Source of the DNA: an uncultured Planctomycetota bacterium
GTDB lineage: Bacteria; Planctomycetota; Planctomycetia; Pirellulales; Lacipirellulaceae
Assembly: GCA_963719315.1 (NCBI GenBank)
Contig: CAVRBU010000001.1
Location: forward strand, 448,001 to 512,000
DNA length: 64,000 nt
Reading direction: 5' to 3'
A program made the translations under genes and the position numbers. Positions 21,175 through 32,789 of the stretch are shown piece by piece; the stretch's first letter is position 1, and each line of letters opens with the position of its first letter. The notes beneath the pieces were generated by a model. That model made no database searches, was not told the DNA's origin, and saw nothing but the letters and a program-made list of their open reading frames with translations.

Positions 21175-22302
21175 ATGTTAATGGACGAAGCCAACAAAGC
21201 GGCTAATGAATTAGAAAACGCCGTGACTGCTGTGGATTTTTCCAAATCGCTGGCGGGGACGCTTCAATACGAACTAGTACGGCGTCTGGCCGAAAATTGG
21301 CTGCCTGAAGCATGGCGCGACACGCACGTAGTGCTGGCCGTTTCCGGCGGGGCAGACAGCGTGGCAATGCTGCGGGCGATGACCGCGATCAAGGCATGTT
21401 ACGGTGGTACGGGCAGGCTGTATGTAGCCCATTTGAACCACGGCCTGCGCGGCGCGGAAGCAGAAGCGGACGAGGCCTGGCTCGCGACCTTGTGTGATCG
21501 CCTGGGCGTGCCGTTGGAAACATCGAAGGCGGACGTGAAGTCGCTCGCCACCGAGCAAGGAGATGGCTGGGAGGCCGCTGCCCGATCGGCGCGCTACGAC
21601 TTTTTGCGACGAACGGCCGAATCCATCGGGGCCCGATTCGTGGCGACTGCCCACACGGCCGACGACCAGGTGGAAACCGTGCTACAACGAATCGTCCGCG
21701 GCACTGGCCTGGCCGGTTTGGCGGGAATTCCGCGCTACCGCCCGCTTTCGAACAGCGTCACTTTGGTGCGGCCGATGCTGCCAATGTGGCGGCGTGAGAT
21801 CGTTGCTTACCTCAACGAGTTGGGCCAGGAGTGGCGCCTCGACTCTTCAAATCAAGATCCTCACTACACGCGGAACCGCCTGCGGCTCGAGCTATTACCA
21901 CTCATCCGCGAGCGGTTCAATGATGCAGTAGACGAAGCCTTGTCGCGGTTGGCCACACAGGCCGATGAAGCTCAACGCGTGATCGAGACGCTAGCCGCGG
22001 ATATCGCAACGACGTGCGTTGCGGTCGAGCACGTACACGATCGCGATGACCGCCCTGCCCTACGCACACATATCGAATGTTCGCGGTTGGCCAGCCTGCC
22101 GCAAATTGTGGTTCGTGAAGTGTGCAAAGTAGCGTGGCGAGGTGCAAATCTGCCATTGCAAGCCATGGGATTTTCCGAGTGGCAATTGCTAGCGGACATG
22201 GCAGCCGGCAATTGCTTGCAAACGGTAGCCAATCTTCCGGCAAATATTCGCGTCTGCCGCCAGGGACAACTGCTCATCTTTGAGTCGCTTGGTCTGCCTT
22301 GA
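21175..22302 (+). CDS. tilS: tRNA(Ile)-lysidine synthase
   Basis: AVSGGADS PP-loop, HLNHGLRG, AARSARY, TAHTADDQVET, RNRLR. Confidence 0.95.
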   Translation: MLMDEANKAANELENAVTAVDFSKSLAGTLQYELVRRLAENWLPEAWRDTHVVLAVSGGADSVAMLRAMTAIKACYGGTGRLYVAHLNHGLRGAEAEADEAWLATLCDRLGVPLETSKADVKSLATEQGDGWEAAARSARYDFLRRTAESIGARFVATAHTADDQVETVLQRIVRGTGLAGLAGIPRYRPLSNSVTLVRPMLPMWRREIVAYLNELGQEWRLDSSNQDPHYTRNRLRLELLPLIRERFNDAVDEALSRLATQADEAQRVIETLAADIATTCVAVEHVHDRDDRPALRTHIECSRLASLPQIVVREVCKVAWRGANLPLQAMGFSEWQLLADMAAGNCLQTVANLPANIRVCRQGQLLIFESLGLP

Positions 22303-22459
22303 CTCTGCGGTGGCGAGAACGCTAACATCTGCCGCCCCAAACTGCGCAGACGTGGCATATTACAGCGCCGCGACACCCGTCGTGTTACCAACGATGCGTG
22401 CTCGCGCATGCGCCCGTTACGCAAGTGGCGGTATCGCACGACCGTTGATCGACGTTGAA

Positions 22460-25400
22460 GGATCGCGTCCATCTTTACATACTTCGTCAACTTCTGCTGG
22501 TCGCTTCTTAAGTGGTGCCTCGCGCTCACTCTGTTGGGCGGGTTGACGGCCGGCGGCTATCTTTACTTCCGGCTGGATGACGAGATTCGCCGGCAGGTCG
22601 AAGTTCGCTTCGCCAACCATTACCGCAATTTTGACGTTAAGGTGGGCAGCGCAGGTTTGACCCCGAGCGGGGCATCGCGATCGACAATCTCAGTCTCACT
22701 CCCAAGTCGGCCGATGGCACGAAGTCCGAGCCAGTCCTTTCGATCGATGAGATGTACCTGGCGGGAAACTTGCGGATCGAGCAACTCCTTACCAACCAGA
22801 TGCAGATCGACGAAATCGTCGTCCGCCACGCGAACGTACACATGGTTCGGCAAGTCGATGGCCAGTGGAACACGAGCGCCCTGTTGCCGCTGCCTCACTT
22901 CAGCGACCAATCGTCCAACATCACGATCGAAGCCGCGACCGCAACGCTGGCGAACGCTGCCACGCCCGAAGCCAAACCTTGGATATTACAGGGTGTGAAT
23001 CTAAAACTGGCGCCGCTTCCGATCGCGGCCGATCGGCCAAACGCGCCTAAGCATTTTCACATCGAAGGAGTTGCCAACGGACCCCCGGCCCGCGAGTTGC
23101 GCATTGACGGGGAGCTTGGCACGGCAGACGGCGTATTGGACGTTGCGGTCACCGCCAGCGGGCTCGATATCTCGCCGGAAACCCTCGCATACTTGCCGGC
23201 GTCGGTTACTGCCCGACTCGATGGCGCCCAAGTCTCTGGCCAGGCGGATGTCACGCTCCGATTGAACCGGCCGGATTCGACGACTCCCTTAAGCTGGGCG
23301 GCAAATTTCTCGGTCGAGCGTGGTCGATTCAACCACCCCCTGCTGACGGAAGCGTTGACGGATGTAACGCTCAAGGGTCTGGCGGACCCGCAGCGATTGT
23401 CCATAGAGCGCTTTGAAGCGAAGTCGGGGCCGGCCAGCATCACGCTGGCAATGAATCGAGCCGGCTGGACGGCCAACGCGCCGCTTGCCCTGTCGGCCAA
23501 GGTGGTCGGCTTCGTGCTGACCGATCGATTGCAAACGACGTTGCCCGAATCGCAAGCCAGAATCTGGCAGCGGTTCCGGCCGAATGGTCCCGTGGACGTG
23601 GATCTGAGTCTCACGTTCAATGGGCAAAACTGGACGCCAACTTTTACGGCTGATTGTCGCGGTATCTCGTTGACCGATATGGAAAAGTTTCCGTACGTCC
23701 TCGAACAAACTTCGGGCAAAGTAACCTATCTACCAGCAAAGGACGGCAATCCCGATCAATTGCGCCTCGATTTGACCGGCATCGGCGGCGGCAGGCCGGT
23801 GAAGGTCGACGCCCAGCTCACGCACTTGGCCCCTGTCGAGCCGCATGGACTTTCGACCGGCGAAGGCGTGGCCGACGAAGCGCCCTTCGATGCGTCCGAC
23901 GTGTATGCGGCAGGCTATCGCGGATTGCGTTACGCCCGCGCAGATCGTTCGCCGCCGACTCATCCGTTGGGCTATGTCGAGTTGTCGGGCTCCGACATTC
24001 CGCTGCATGAAGCGCTGATCGCTGCTCTGCCGCCAAAGGCTAAAGTTTTGGTAAGCGATCTCAATGCGCAAGGCGCGATCGACTTCCATTTCCGGGCGGA
24101 ATGGAAAGACCTGGCCCAGCAAAACGCCGCAACGACGCTTGATATTCCACTGAAAGACTGTCGCATCAAATTCGCGCAATTTCCGTTACCGCTCCAGCAC
24201 TTGCAGGGCACGGTAAAGGGTGAAAAGTCGCCCACCGAGGAGACTTGGCACTGGACGCTCAACGACATCGAAGCCCGCGGTAGCAGTGATTCGACGGTCG
24301 TGAAGTGTCGTGGCATCGCCCTATCGCACGACGCGGGGTGCGGAGCCGACTTGACGTTTGTGGCCCAAAACGTGCCGCTCGATGAAAGTCTCAAGGCCGC
24401 GCTGCCGCCGGCCGGGCAACAAGCGTGGAACGATTTAAGACCGCAGGGAAGCATTGATTTTACAGCCCACGCCACGAAACTTCAGAACGAACCGCATCCC
24501 AATGTTGAGATCGCATTGCGGCCTTGCGAAAGCACCGTCTCGATCAAGCCGCGTTTGTTTCCGTATCGATTAGACGAGGTTCAAGGAGTCGCCACGTACA
24601 AGCGCGGGCAGGCCGTTTGGCATAACGTGATTGCTCGCCACGACCGTTCCGTCTACTCGATGGAATCAGGGACGTGGCAACTTGCGACCGACGGCGGCTG
24701 GCAGTGCACCTTTGCCAATGTGAATATCGATCGACTGGTGCCCAACGCTGAGTTGCTCGAGGCCCTACCGCCGGCCCTGCAATCGGTGATTGCAAAGCTG
24801 CAGCCCAGCGGCACGATCGACCTCCGCAAGGGTAGTCTGAATTTCGCCAAGCCTGCGCAAAGCGTGGGCATCGCGGCTGCCTGGGACGTTAGCCTCGAAT
24901 GTCAGCAGGCGGCGATCCAGGGCGCAGTCCCCATCCAGGGAATCAACGGTGGAATTCGCATCGTCGGGCGCAGCGACGGGCGATCGACATATAATGCCGG
25001 CGAACTCGCGCTGGACTCGATCCTCTACAAGAATGTGCAGTTGACCAACGTCCGCGGACCGTTTTGGGCCGACTCGGCGCATTGCCTGCTAGGCGAATCC
25101 GCGTGCCTACAGCAGAGCCAGCCGCCCCGCCGGCTCACGGCTGATGCCTACGGAGGCAGCTTGAACTCGAATATCGAATTGGCGCTCGGACCTATCCCAG
25201 GTTACAGGGTCGATGTTCACTTGGGCGCGGTCAATCTGGCCCGCTTTGCCAACGAGCGGCTGGGAGGACAGAACAATTTGAATGGCACGTTGTCTGGCAC
25301 GCTGGCTGTCTCGAACACCGGTACTTCCTTGCAAACTCTAATTGGAACCGGTGAGCTACACTTGGTGGACGCCAACATCTATCAGGTCCCGTTGTTGGTG

Positions 25401-25820
25401 TCGATGCTCAGTGTGCTTCGCAATCGCACGCCTGACACGACCGCGTTTAACCGCTGTGATATGAAATTTGGCATCCAGGGAGAGCACATTCTCTTCGATA
25501 AACTCGACTTGATGGGCGACGCCGTGAGTCTGTACGGCAATGGCCAGGTCGATTTCAACCGGCGGCTGGACCTCGTGTTCTATACGCTCGTCGGTCCCGC
25601 CGATTTGCCGATCCCATTGTGGAAGACAATTGCCGGGCACGTGAGCAAACAGGGGCTGCAATTGAAAGTAGTCGGAACGTTCGAGGACCCCAAAGTCGAA
25701 AAGAAGGCCTTGCCCGCCGTGAACGACATGCTAGGTCAACTGCAGACTGAGCTTCACGACAGTGCGGCAACGATCTCGCCGTCGGCCGCGGTGCGAGGAT
25801 CGCACCCCGCGGCAAAGTGA
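22460..25820 (+). CDS. Large AsmA-like envelope protein; frameshift near 22660, start uncertain
   Basis: N-terminal TM (WCLALTLLGGLTAGGYLYF) in one frame, then >1000 aa beta-rich body with AsmA-like C-terminus (LDLMGDAVSLYGNGQVDF...VVGTFEDP). Confidence 0.7.
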
Positions 25821-25836
25821 GTCAAGGAACACGACC

Positions 25837-26169
25837 ATGACTATGGTTCCCCTAAGTGGCATGCTGACGAGCGCGGCCGGCGTCGCGCTTTCACAAACTT
25901 CCGGCAGCGAAACGGAGCGCTCTCAGAAAGATGCCAGCGCTCAAAGCCATGGCGCCGATACCGATTTACATGCCGAGCAGTCGGCCGGCATCGGCCAGAC
26001 TCGGCAGGACGAGGAAAGTTCAGATCGCGATGCCGATGGCCGGCGATTGTGGGAAAAAACTGCGGAGCCGAGGAAGAAGCAAGAGTCAACAGCCGAGCAA
26101 GAGTCCGATCCGCGCCAAAGCAAGGATCCGACGGGGCTGTCGGGTACTCGACTCGATCTAACGGGATGA
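25837..26169 (+). CDS. Hypothetical protein
   Basis: AAGGA RBS; DRDADGRRLWE and SKDPTGLSGTRLDLTG motifs. Confidence 0.65.
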   Translation: MTMVPLSGMLTSAAGVALSQTSGSETERSQKDASAQSHGADTDLHAEQSAGIGQTRQDEESSDRDADGRRLWEKTAEPRKKQESTAEQESDPRQSKDPTGLSGTRLDLTG

Positions 26170-26203
26170 ACTGCGTAAGATGATCCCGTGTCCACCGCCC
26201 ATC

Positions 26204-26267
26204 GTCCGTAGTCCGTCGCAATTAGGTCATTGCGAGAACCACGGACTACGGACCACGGACCACGGAC
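26204..26267. repeat. Heptamer tandem repeat with inverted partner
   Basis: (C[CT]ACGGA)x4 at ~26239-26266; reverse complement GTCCGTAGTCCGT at 26204. Confidence 0.7.
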
Positions 26268-26274
26268 AAATCCA

Positions 26275-27126
26275 ATGCGTTTCACGAAGATGCACGGCGC
26301 CGGCAACGACTACGTTTACATCGATTGCTTCGCGCAGCCGCTGCCTCGTGATATTCCCGAGCTTGCCCGGCGGATTTCCGACCGCCGGTTCGGCGTTGGC
26401 GCCGACGGCCTGATTTTGATCTGCCCCTCGGAGCTGGCCGACGCCGAAATGCGGATGTACAACGCCGACGGTTCGTACGCCGAAATGTGTGGAAACGGCA
26501 TCCGCTGCGTCGCCAAATTCATCTACGACCATGGGATTCGACGCCGCAACACGCTCACGATCGAAACCGCCGGCCGTGTGCTGTCACTCGATTTAGGGCT
26601 TGAAAATGGGCTCGTGAACCAGGTCCGCGTGGATATGGGCGAGCCGATCTTGATCCCGGCGGAAGTTCCTACGAAACTCCGTTCCGCCAATGGTCCCGAT
26701 CGGCCCGCGGTGGATGTGCCACTTACAGTCGGTGGACGCGAGTTTCGCGCCACCTGCATATCGATGGGCAATCCGCATTGCGTGGTGTTCGTCGATCAAC
26801 TTACGGATGACTGGGTACTGGGGGTCGGGCCCAAAATAGAAATCGATCCGCATTTCCCCAAACGGGTAAATGTCGAATTCGTCGAGGTGCTAAGCCGGGC
26901 CGAGCTGCGGCAACGCACCTGGGAGCGCGGCTCGGGCGAAACATTTGCTTGCGGCACCGGCGCATGTGCCGTATGCGTGGCGGGCGTCCTCACGGGACGC
27001 ACCGATCGGAGCGCGACAATCCACTTACGTGGCGGCGATCTGTCGATCGAATGGAATGAAAACGACAATCATGTGTACATGACGGGGCCCGCCGTCGAAG
27101 TATTCACCGGCGAATGGCCATCGTAG
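26275..27126 (+). CDS. dapF: Diaminopimelate epimerase
   Basis: [39 protein letters not shown]. Confidence 0.97.
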   Translation: MRFTKMHGAGNDYVYIDCFAQPLPRDIPELARRISDRRFGVGADGLILICPSELADAEMRMYNADGSYAEMCGNGIRCVAKFIYDHGIRRRNTLTIETAGRVLSLDLGLENGLVNQVRVDMGEPILIPAEVPTKLRSANGPDRPAVDVPLTVGGREFRATCISMGNPHCVVFVDQLTDDWVLGVGPKIEIDPHFPKRVNVEFVEVLSRAELRQRTWERGSGETFACGTGACAVCVAGVLTGRTDRSATIHLRGGDLSIEWNENDNHVYMTGPAVEVFTGEWPS

Positions 27127-27164
27127 ATCGGGTTTTAGCCTGATGAACTTGCACGGATGCGAAC

Positions 27165-27929
27165 ATGGGACGCAAGAAGAAACGCAAGCTGCGAACCCCG
27201 CGCTTCATGATGAAGCTCGGAGGTCTCGTGACCGCCAAGGCGGTGCGAGCCTGGATGAGTACGCTCGATTATCGGGTCGTATTCTACGATCGATCCGTCG
27301 ATCCAGTCCTCGGGATTGGCGGTCCGCGGATCTATATCTTTTGGCATGAAAACATTCTCATCCCGTTGCATCTGCGCGGGCACTGCCACCTCGCGATGCT
27401 GCTCAGCCAGCACGGAGACGCCGAAATATTGGCGCGCGTCGCCTATCACATGGGCTTCGATTGTGTCCGCGGTTCGACCCGTCGCGGCGGCGCACGGGCG
27501 ATTTGGGAATTGTTCGAACGCAGCTCCCACCAGCATCTTACGATTACGCCTGACGGCCCGCGTGGCCCGCGTCGGCAATTGGCCCCCGGGCCGATCTACC
27601 TCGCGTCGCGATTGCAATTGCCGTTGGTGCCGATGGGCTTTGGCTCTGATCGGCCGTGGCGAATGAAAAGTTGGGACCATTTCGCCGTTCCGAGGCCATT
27701 TTCGCGGGCCCGTGCCGTGATCGGCCCGCCGATCTTCTTGCCGCCCGAGTTGGACCGCGCTGGCATGGAAAAATGCCGCGGCCGAGTCGAGTCGCTGATG
27801 AACGCTTTGACGAATGAAGCAGAAGCTTGGGCCACTGCCGGCTCTCGCAAGCTGGGCGAGGTGACAGTCGCTCCCGGTTTCGGTCCGGTCCCCTCGACCG
27901 TCGAAACGACATCACGGCGCGCCGCGTGA
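27165..27929 (+). CDS. Lysophospholipid acyltransferase-like (DUF374) protein
   Basis: FWHE, SQHGDAE, VRGSTRRGG, TPDGPRGP, SWD..VPRPF. Confidence 0.85.
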   Translation: MGRKKKRKLRTPRFMMKLGGLVTAKAVRAWMSTLDYRVVFYDRSVDPVLGIGGPRIYIFWHENILIPLHLRGHCHLAMLLSQHGDAEILARVAYHMGFDCVRGSTRRGGARAIWELFERSSHQHLTITPDGPRGPRRQLAPGPIYLASRLQLPLVPMGFGSDRPWRMKSWDHFAVPRPFSRARAVIGPPIFLPPELDRAGMEKCRGRVESLMNALTNEAEAWATAGSRKLGEVTVAPGFGPVPSTVETTSRRAA

Positions 27930-28034
27930 ACTCTAACCGCGAATCGACGCGCCGGCTAGCACTTGTTATCTTGTGAGCGTTCGTGTGCGATTGTTCACAC
28001 GTCGATCCCGCTCGCAGCTTTGCTGGTAACCGCC

Positions 28035-29267
28035 ATGCCCGCTCCGGCAACCTCCCTCGCCCATCAAACTCTGACCGTCGCGCAACTGACGGCTCAGATC
28101 AAAAACGCGCTCGAAGGCGGGTTCCCAAACGTCTGGGTCGCGGGAGAAATCTCGAATTATTCGCGGCCGCAATCCGGCCACTCGTACTTCACGCTCAAGG
28201 ACGATCAGGCCCAGATACGGGCCGTGATGTGGCGCTCGGCCTCGGCCCGGCTCAAGTTCGATCTGGCCGACGGGCTCGACGTAATCTGCCACGGCCACGT
28301 GGATGTCTACGCGCCTCGCGGCAGCTATCAACTGGTGATCGACGAATTGCAGCCCAAGGGCGTGGGCGCCCTCGAACTCGCATTGCGGAAGTTGCGCGAG
28401 AAGCTGTCTGCTGAAGGGCTGTTCGATTCCGCTCGAAAACGCATGCTGCCCGCGTTCCCGCAGCGGATTGCGTTCGTCACCAGTCCGACGGGGGCGGCCG
28501 TTCACGATTTTCTGCAAGTGCTACGCCGACGTTGGCGCGGCGTCGATGTGCTGGTGATTCCGGCCCGCGTACAAGGTGAAGGGGCGACGCAAGAGATCGT
28601 AGCCGGCATTCGGCTGGCAAATCGCATTTCGCCACGGCCGGATGTGCTCGTCGTCGGCCGCGGCGGCGGCAGCCTGGAAGACTTGTGGTCGTTCAACGAG
28701 GAGCCGGTCGTGCGGGCGATCGCAGCCTCGCGAATTCCGACCGTGTCGGCCGTAGGGCACGAGATTGACGTCACGCTTGCTGATTTAGTGGCCGATGTTC
28801 GCGCGCTAACTCCAACGGAGGCCGCCGAACGAATCGTGCCAGCGGCGGAAGAACTCGCCGCCCGTTTGCGCGGTTACCAACAACGTCTGCGCCACGCGGC
28901 CCAGCGGCGCGTGGCGTGGTTGCGTGCCCGCTACGACGGCTTGGCTGCTCAACGGCCGTTTCGCAGGCCATTCGAATTGATTCACGACCGCAGTCGTATG
29001 CTCGACGAGTTATCGGTTCACGCGTACCGGTCGTTACACCGACATTTGCAGGAGCGCGAAAGCCGGCTGGCTCGATTGGCGGGCAAAATCGAGTCGCTCA
29101 GCCCGTTGGCGGTCCTCGCCCGCGGCTATACGATTACGCAGAACGCGACCACACGATCCGTCATACGCGATGCGGACGTTTTGCGAGTCGGCCAGACCAT
29201 CGTAACGCGGTTCGCCCGTGGCGAAGCTGTGAGCAAAGTGGAACGGATCGAGGAGACAAGTAGCTGA
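28035..29267 (+). CDS. xseA: Exodeoxyribonuclease VII large subunit
   Basis: VWVAGEISN, SGHSYFTLKD, TSPTGAA, RGGGSLEDLWSFN, VGHEID, LSPLAVLARGY. Confidence 0.97.
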   Translation: MPAPATSLAHQTLTVAQLTAQIKNALEGGFPNVWVAGEISNYSRPQSGHSYFTLKDDQAQIRAVMWRSASARLKFDLADGLDVICHGHVDVYAPRGSYQLVIDELQPKGVGALELALRKLREKLSAEGLFDSARKRMLPAFPQRIAFVTSPTGAAVHDFLQVLRRRWRGVDVLVIPARVQGEGATQEIVAGIRLANRISPRPDVLVVGRGGGSLEDLWSFNEEPVVRAIAASRIPTVSAVGHEIDVTLADLVADVRALTPTEAAERIVPAAEELAARLRGYQQRLRHAAQRRVAWLRARYDGLAAQRPFRRPFELIHDRSRMLDELSVHAYRSLHRHLQERESRLARLAGKIESLSPLAVLARGYTITQNATTRSVIRDADVLRVGQTIVTRFARGEAVSKVERIEETSS

Positions 29268-29319
29268 ACTCGCAGGAGTTCAGGCAGGGTGATGGCTGGA
29301 TTCCTGTGAATCCAGCTAC
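29260..29319. repeat. REP-like doublet (GTAG family) overlapping the xseA stop
   Basis: GTAGCTGAACTCGCAGGAGTTCAG ... CTGGATTCCTGTGAATCCAGCTAC. Confidence 0.75.
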
Positions 29320-29338
29320 GGGCACGAAGGCAACCAAA

Positions 29339-29719
29339 ATGGCCAAGAAAAAATCCACGTCGCGCGAAGAGTGTGCCGGCTCGTTCGAAGAGTCGCTTGG
29401 CGAACTGGAAAAGATCGTCGCCGAATTGGAGAGCGGCAAGCTAGGCCTGTCCGATGCGCTAACGCGGTATGAAGAAGGAGTGAAGCACCTCAAAGGTTGT
29501 CAGCAGTTGCTTGAAATAGCGGAGCAGAAGATCGAGCTCCTGAGCGGCGTCGATGCTGAGGGCAATCCGATCACGCAACCGTTTGCTGAAGCCGATGCCG
29601 ATTCGTTGGAAGCCAAGTCGGCAGCGCGAGGCCAACGTCGCACCAGCAGCGCGAAACCCGCCTCGCCAAAAATGACTATGCGAAACAACGACATAGACGA
29701 GGACCAGCGGCTATTTTAG
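29339..29719 (+). CDS. xseB: Exodeoxyribonuclease VII small subunit
   Basis: SFEESLGELEKIVAELESGKLGLSDALTRYEEGV; follows xseA. Confidence 0.95.
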   Translation: MAKKKSTSREECAGSFEESLGELEKIVAELESGKLGLSDALTRYEEGVKHLKGCQQLLEIAEQKIELLSGVDAEGNPITQPFAEADADSLEAKSAARGQRRTSSAKPASPKMTMRNNDIDEDQRLF

Positions 29720-29748
29720 AATGATAGTTGTCCGGTGCAACTACCCTT

Positions 29749-29813
29749 GTGGGAGGCCTTTTCGAGGCCGATGTCGGTTTGCATTGTTGTGCTTCATCGG
29801 AGACGCCACCCAC
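29749..29813. repeat. Degenerate REP-like doublet (GTGG family)
   Basis: GTGGGAGGCCTTTTCGAGGCCGAT ... ATCGGAGACGCCACCCAC. Confidence 0.55.
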
Positions 29814-29847
29814 AGTTCCCACAGCTTGCTCTCTCTCTAAGAACGAC

Positions 29848-30759
29848 GTGGCTCTTTCGACCGACGACCGGCCCTCTCTCGATTCGTTGCAGTTGTACGA
29901 ACGAATCGACACGGCGCTCGACCGTTACACTCAATTCGGCGATGACTGCCCGGCGCAACTTCGCGAGGCGATTCGCTACGCGCTGTTGGGTCCCGGCAAA
30001 CGATTGCGGCCTCGTCTCGTTTTGATGGCGGCCCAAGCCTGCAACGGAAGTCTGGGAGCGGCGCTACCGGCGGCGTGCGCCGTCGAGATGGTGCACGCAT
30101 ACTCGCTCGTCCACGATGATCTGCCAGCGATGGATGATGATGACCTGCGTCGCGGTCGGCCCACGTGCCACAAAGTTTACGGCGAGGCAACGGCGATCCT
30201 CGTGGGCGACGCGCTGCTGGCGCGTGCCTTTGAAGTATTGGCCCGAGATATCGAACCTCCGTCCGTCGCTGCAAAGTGTTGCGCCGCGTTGGGCAAAGCG
30301 GCGGGGGCGACGGCGCTCGTCGGTGGACAAGCGGCCGACTTGGAAATGGCCGCCGGCGGTCAGGAACAACTTAACGGTACATTGCCAGAACTCGAAGCGA
30401 TTCACCGGCGTAAGACAGGCGCTCTCATCGGGGCGTCGCTGGAATTGGGCGGCATGGTAGCGAACGCTTCATCCGAACAGCATGCGGCCCTGGCTACGTA
30501 TGGCAAAAAGGTTGGCCTCGCGTTTCAAATCACGGACGACCTATTGGATGTCTCCGGCAACCAGGTGGCCGTTGGCAAACGCCTGGCCAAGGACGCTGAC
30601 CGCGGCAAACTCACTTTTCCGCGGCTGATGGGAAGCGGCGCCAGCCGCGAGCAAGCTGCCACGCTTGTGGAGGAGGCTTGTGCTATGATCGAGATATTCG
30701 GTTCGCGCGGTGAACCATTGCGTGAATTGGCCCGATTTGTGCTTACACGAAAAAGCTAA
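29848..30759 (+). CDS. ispA: Polyprenyl (farnesyl) diphosphate synthase
   Basis: GKRLRP, HDDLPAMDDDDLRRG, FQITDDLLD; xseB-ispA-dxs synteny. Confidence 0.93.
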   Translation: MALSTDDRPSLDSLQLYERIDTALDRYTQFGDDCPAQLREAIRYALLGPGKRLRPRLVLMAAQACNGSLGAALPAACAVEMVHAYSLVHDDLPAMDDDDLRRGRPTCHKVYGEATAILVGDALLARAFEVLARDIEPPSVAAKCCAALGKAAGATALVGGQAADLEMAAGGQEQLNGTLPELEAIHRRKTGALIGASLELGGMVANASSEQHAALATYGKKVGLAFQITDDLLDVSGNQVAVGKRLAKDADRGKLTFPRLMGSGASREQAATLVEEACAMIEIFGSRGEPLRELARFVLTRKS

Positions 30760-30779
30760 TTGCCCTCACGGAAACGATC

Positions 30780-32696
30780 GTGACCAAATCTCCATTCCTA
30801 CCAACGATCCATTCGCCCGACAACTTGCGCGGGTTGTCGCTGCCGCAGCTAGAGCGGTTGGCTGCCGAAATGCGTGAGGTATTGTGCAACCTCGTCAGTT
30901 GCCGCAGTGCGCACTTCGCCTCGAACCTGGGAGTCGTTGAACTCTGCTTGGCGCTGCATCAGACGTTTGATTTCCGGCACGATCGCCTGATCTGGGATAC
31001 GGGCCATCAGATTTATCCGCACAAGCTCGTAACGGGCCGCTATCCGCAATTCGGCACGATCCGGACCAAGGGCGGCCTGATGGGTTACCCAAACCCGGAC
31101 GAAAGCGAATTCGACCTGTTCATGACCGGCCACGCCGGGGCCAGCGTTTCAACGGCCCTCGGCCTTGCGAGCGGAGACGAACTGACCCGGGCCGGCGATA
31201 ATCGCTGGAGTGTGGCCGTCATCGGCGACGGCGCCTTCCCCTCCGGCATCGTCTACGAAGCGCTCAATAACCTCGGCCATTCGAGCCGGCGGCTGCTCGT
31301 CATCCTGAACGACAACAAGATGTCGATCTGTCCGCGCGTGGGCGGGATGGCCGACTATCTCGACCGATTGCGGATGAATCGCATGTACTCCGGCCTGAAG
31401 GAGGAGGTCGTCAAAGTGCTCGGCAAGGTGCCCCTCTTGGGCGATCCAGTCGAGCGGTTTCTGGCCCAGCTCAAGGAGGCGGCGAAGGCCGGCCTGCACG
31501 GCGGCATGTTGTTCGAGGATATGGGGCTTCGCTACTTTGGTCCGATCGATGGGCACAACATTGGTCTCTTGCGGAAATACCTGCGAATGGCCCGCAACGC
31601 TGAAGGGCCTATTCTGTTGCACATCGTCACGGAGAAAGGCCATGGGTTCCGGCCGGCTGCGGAAGATCCCGTCTTGTTCCATGCGCCGCCGCAATTCGAG
31701 CGAAACGCCGACCAGGTCGTGCAAATGAAGAAGAGCTCGGCGCGGACTTTTACGCACGCCGCTTCCGCCGCGATCTTCCAGCAGATGTCGCAGAACTTGC
31801 GCGTTACCGTCCTCACGGCCGCAATGTGCCAAGGCAACAATTTGGAGCGCATCCGCGACACGTTCCCCAACCGTTTCTTTGACACGGGAATTTGCGAGGG
31901 CCACGCTGTCGCGTTTGCCGCCGGTCAAGCGAAAGCCGGTTTACGGCCAATCGTCGATATTTACAGCACTTTCCTGCAGCGGTCGTACGATCAGATTTTT
32001 CAGGAAGTAGCCCTGCAAAACCTGCCCGTCACGTTCATGCTCGATCGCGGCGGACTTGCCGGGCCGGACGGGCCGACCCACCACGGCGTGTTCGACTTCG
32101 GCTACCTGCGCGTGTTTCCGAATATGGTCGTCATGGCGCCGGCCGACGAACACGATCTCGCCCAGATGCTCGCACTGGCGCTTGAGCACGACGGGCCGTG
32201 CGCGATTAGGTATCCCAAGGCATCACTGCCAACCATTGGAGGCGAGCGATCGCCGGTCGAATTCGGGAAGTGCGAGGTCTTGTCCTGGAGCGATGAAGGC
32301 GCAATCGTTTGTTGCGGCGCCCTAGTGGCCGATTGCCTGAAGGCGGCGGAGATGTTGCGCGAGGAAGGCCTCAACGTCGGCGTAATCAACGCTCGATTCG
32401 CAAAACCGCTCGACGAGAAAACGCTGCTTCGCACCGTACGCGACTGCGCTTATGTCGTCACCGTGGAAGAAGCCTCGCTCATTGGCAGCTTCGGTTCCGC
32501 GGTGTTGGAGCTGGCGACCGGCGCCGGCCTCGACACCAGTCGCATCCGCCGGCTGGGAATCCCGGACAAATTCATCGAACATGGCGAACGCGTCGAGTTG
32601 CTGGCCGATCTCGGATTAAACGCTTCCGGCATCGCTGCCGCGTGCCGCGCATTGGCTGGAACGACGGTACGGCAGGCTTTCCAGCCTGAAGTGTGA
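30780..32696 (+). CDS. dxs: 1-deoxy-D-xylulose-5-phosphate synthase
   Basis: WDTGHQIYPHK, GDGA...NDN, GPIDGH, YSTFLQR, DGPTHHG. Confidence 0.97.
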   Translation: MTKSPFLPTIHSPDNLRGLSLPQLERLAAEMREVLCNLVSCRSAHFASNLGVVELCLALHQTFDFRHDRLIWDTGHQIYPHKLVTGRYPQFGTIRTKGGLMGYPNPDESEFDLFMTGHAGASVSTALGLASGDELTRAGDNRWSVAVIGDGAFPSGIVYEALNNLGHSSRRLLVILNDNKMSICPRVGGMADYLDRLRMNRMYSGLKEEVVKVLGKVPLLGDPVERFLAQLKEAAKAGLHGGMLFEDMGLRYFGPIDGHNIGLLRKYLRMARNAEGPILLHIVTEKGHGFRPAAEDPVLFHAPPQFERNADQVVQMKKSSARTFTHAASAAIFQQMSQNLRVTVLTAAMCQGNNLERIRDTFPNRFFDTGICEGHAVAFAAGQAKAGLRPIVDIYSTFLQRSYDQIFQEVALQNLPVTFMLDRGGLAGPDGPTHHGVFDFGYLRVFPNMVVMAPADEHDLAQMLALALEHDGPCAIRYPKASLPTIGGERSPVEFGKCEVLSWSDEGAIVCCGALVADCLKAAEMLREEGLNVGVINARFAKPLDEKTLLRTVRDCAYVVTVEEASLIGSFGSAVLELATGAGLDTSRIRRLGIPDKFIEHGERVELLADLGLNASGIAAACRALAGTTVRQAFQPEV

Positions 32697-32703
32697 TTGG
32701 AGC

Positions 32704-32766
32704 GTGGCGGAATTCGCAAGAATTCTGACATTGCTCGATGCTCTGACGTCTTGTGACTTCAGCTAC
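32704..32766. repeat. REP-like doublet
   Basis: GTGGCGGAATTCGCAAGAATTCTG ... CTGACGTCTTGTGACTTCAGCTAC, same family as 29260. Confidence 0.65.
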
Positions 32767-32789
32767 ATTTGTTGAGTGCCACTGATCCT

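Noticed and set aside
26204..26267. Tandem repeats as a CRISPR array
   Set aside because: 7-bp units with no spacers; no cas genes in the window
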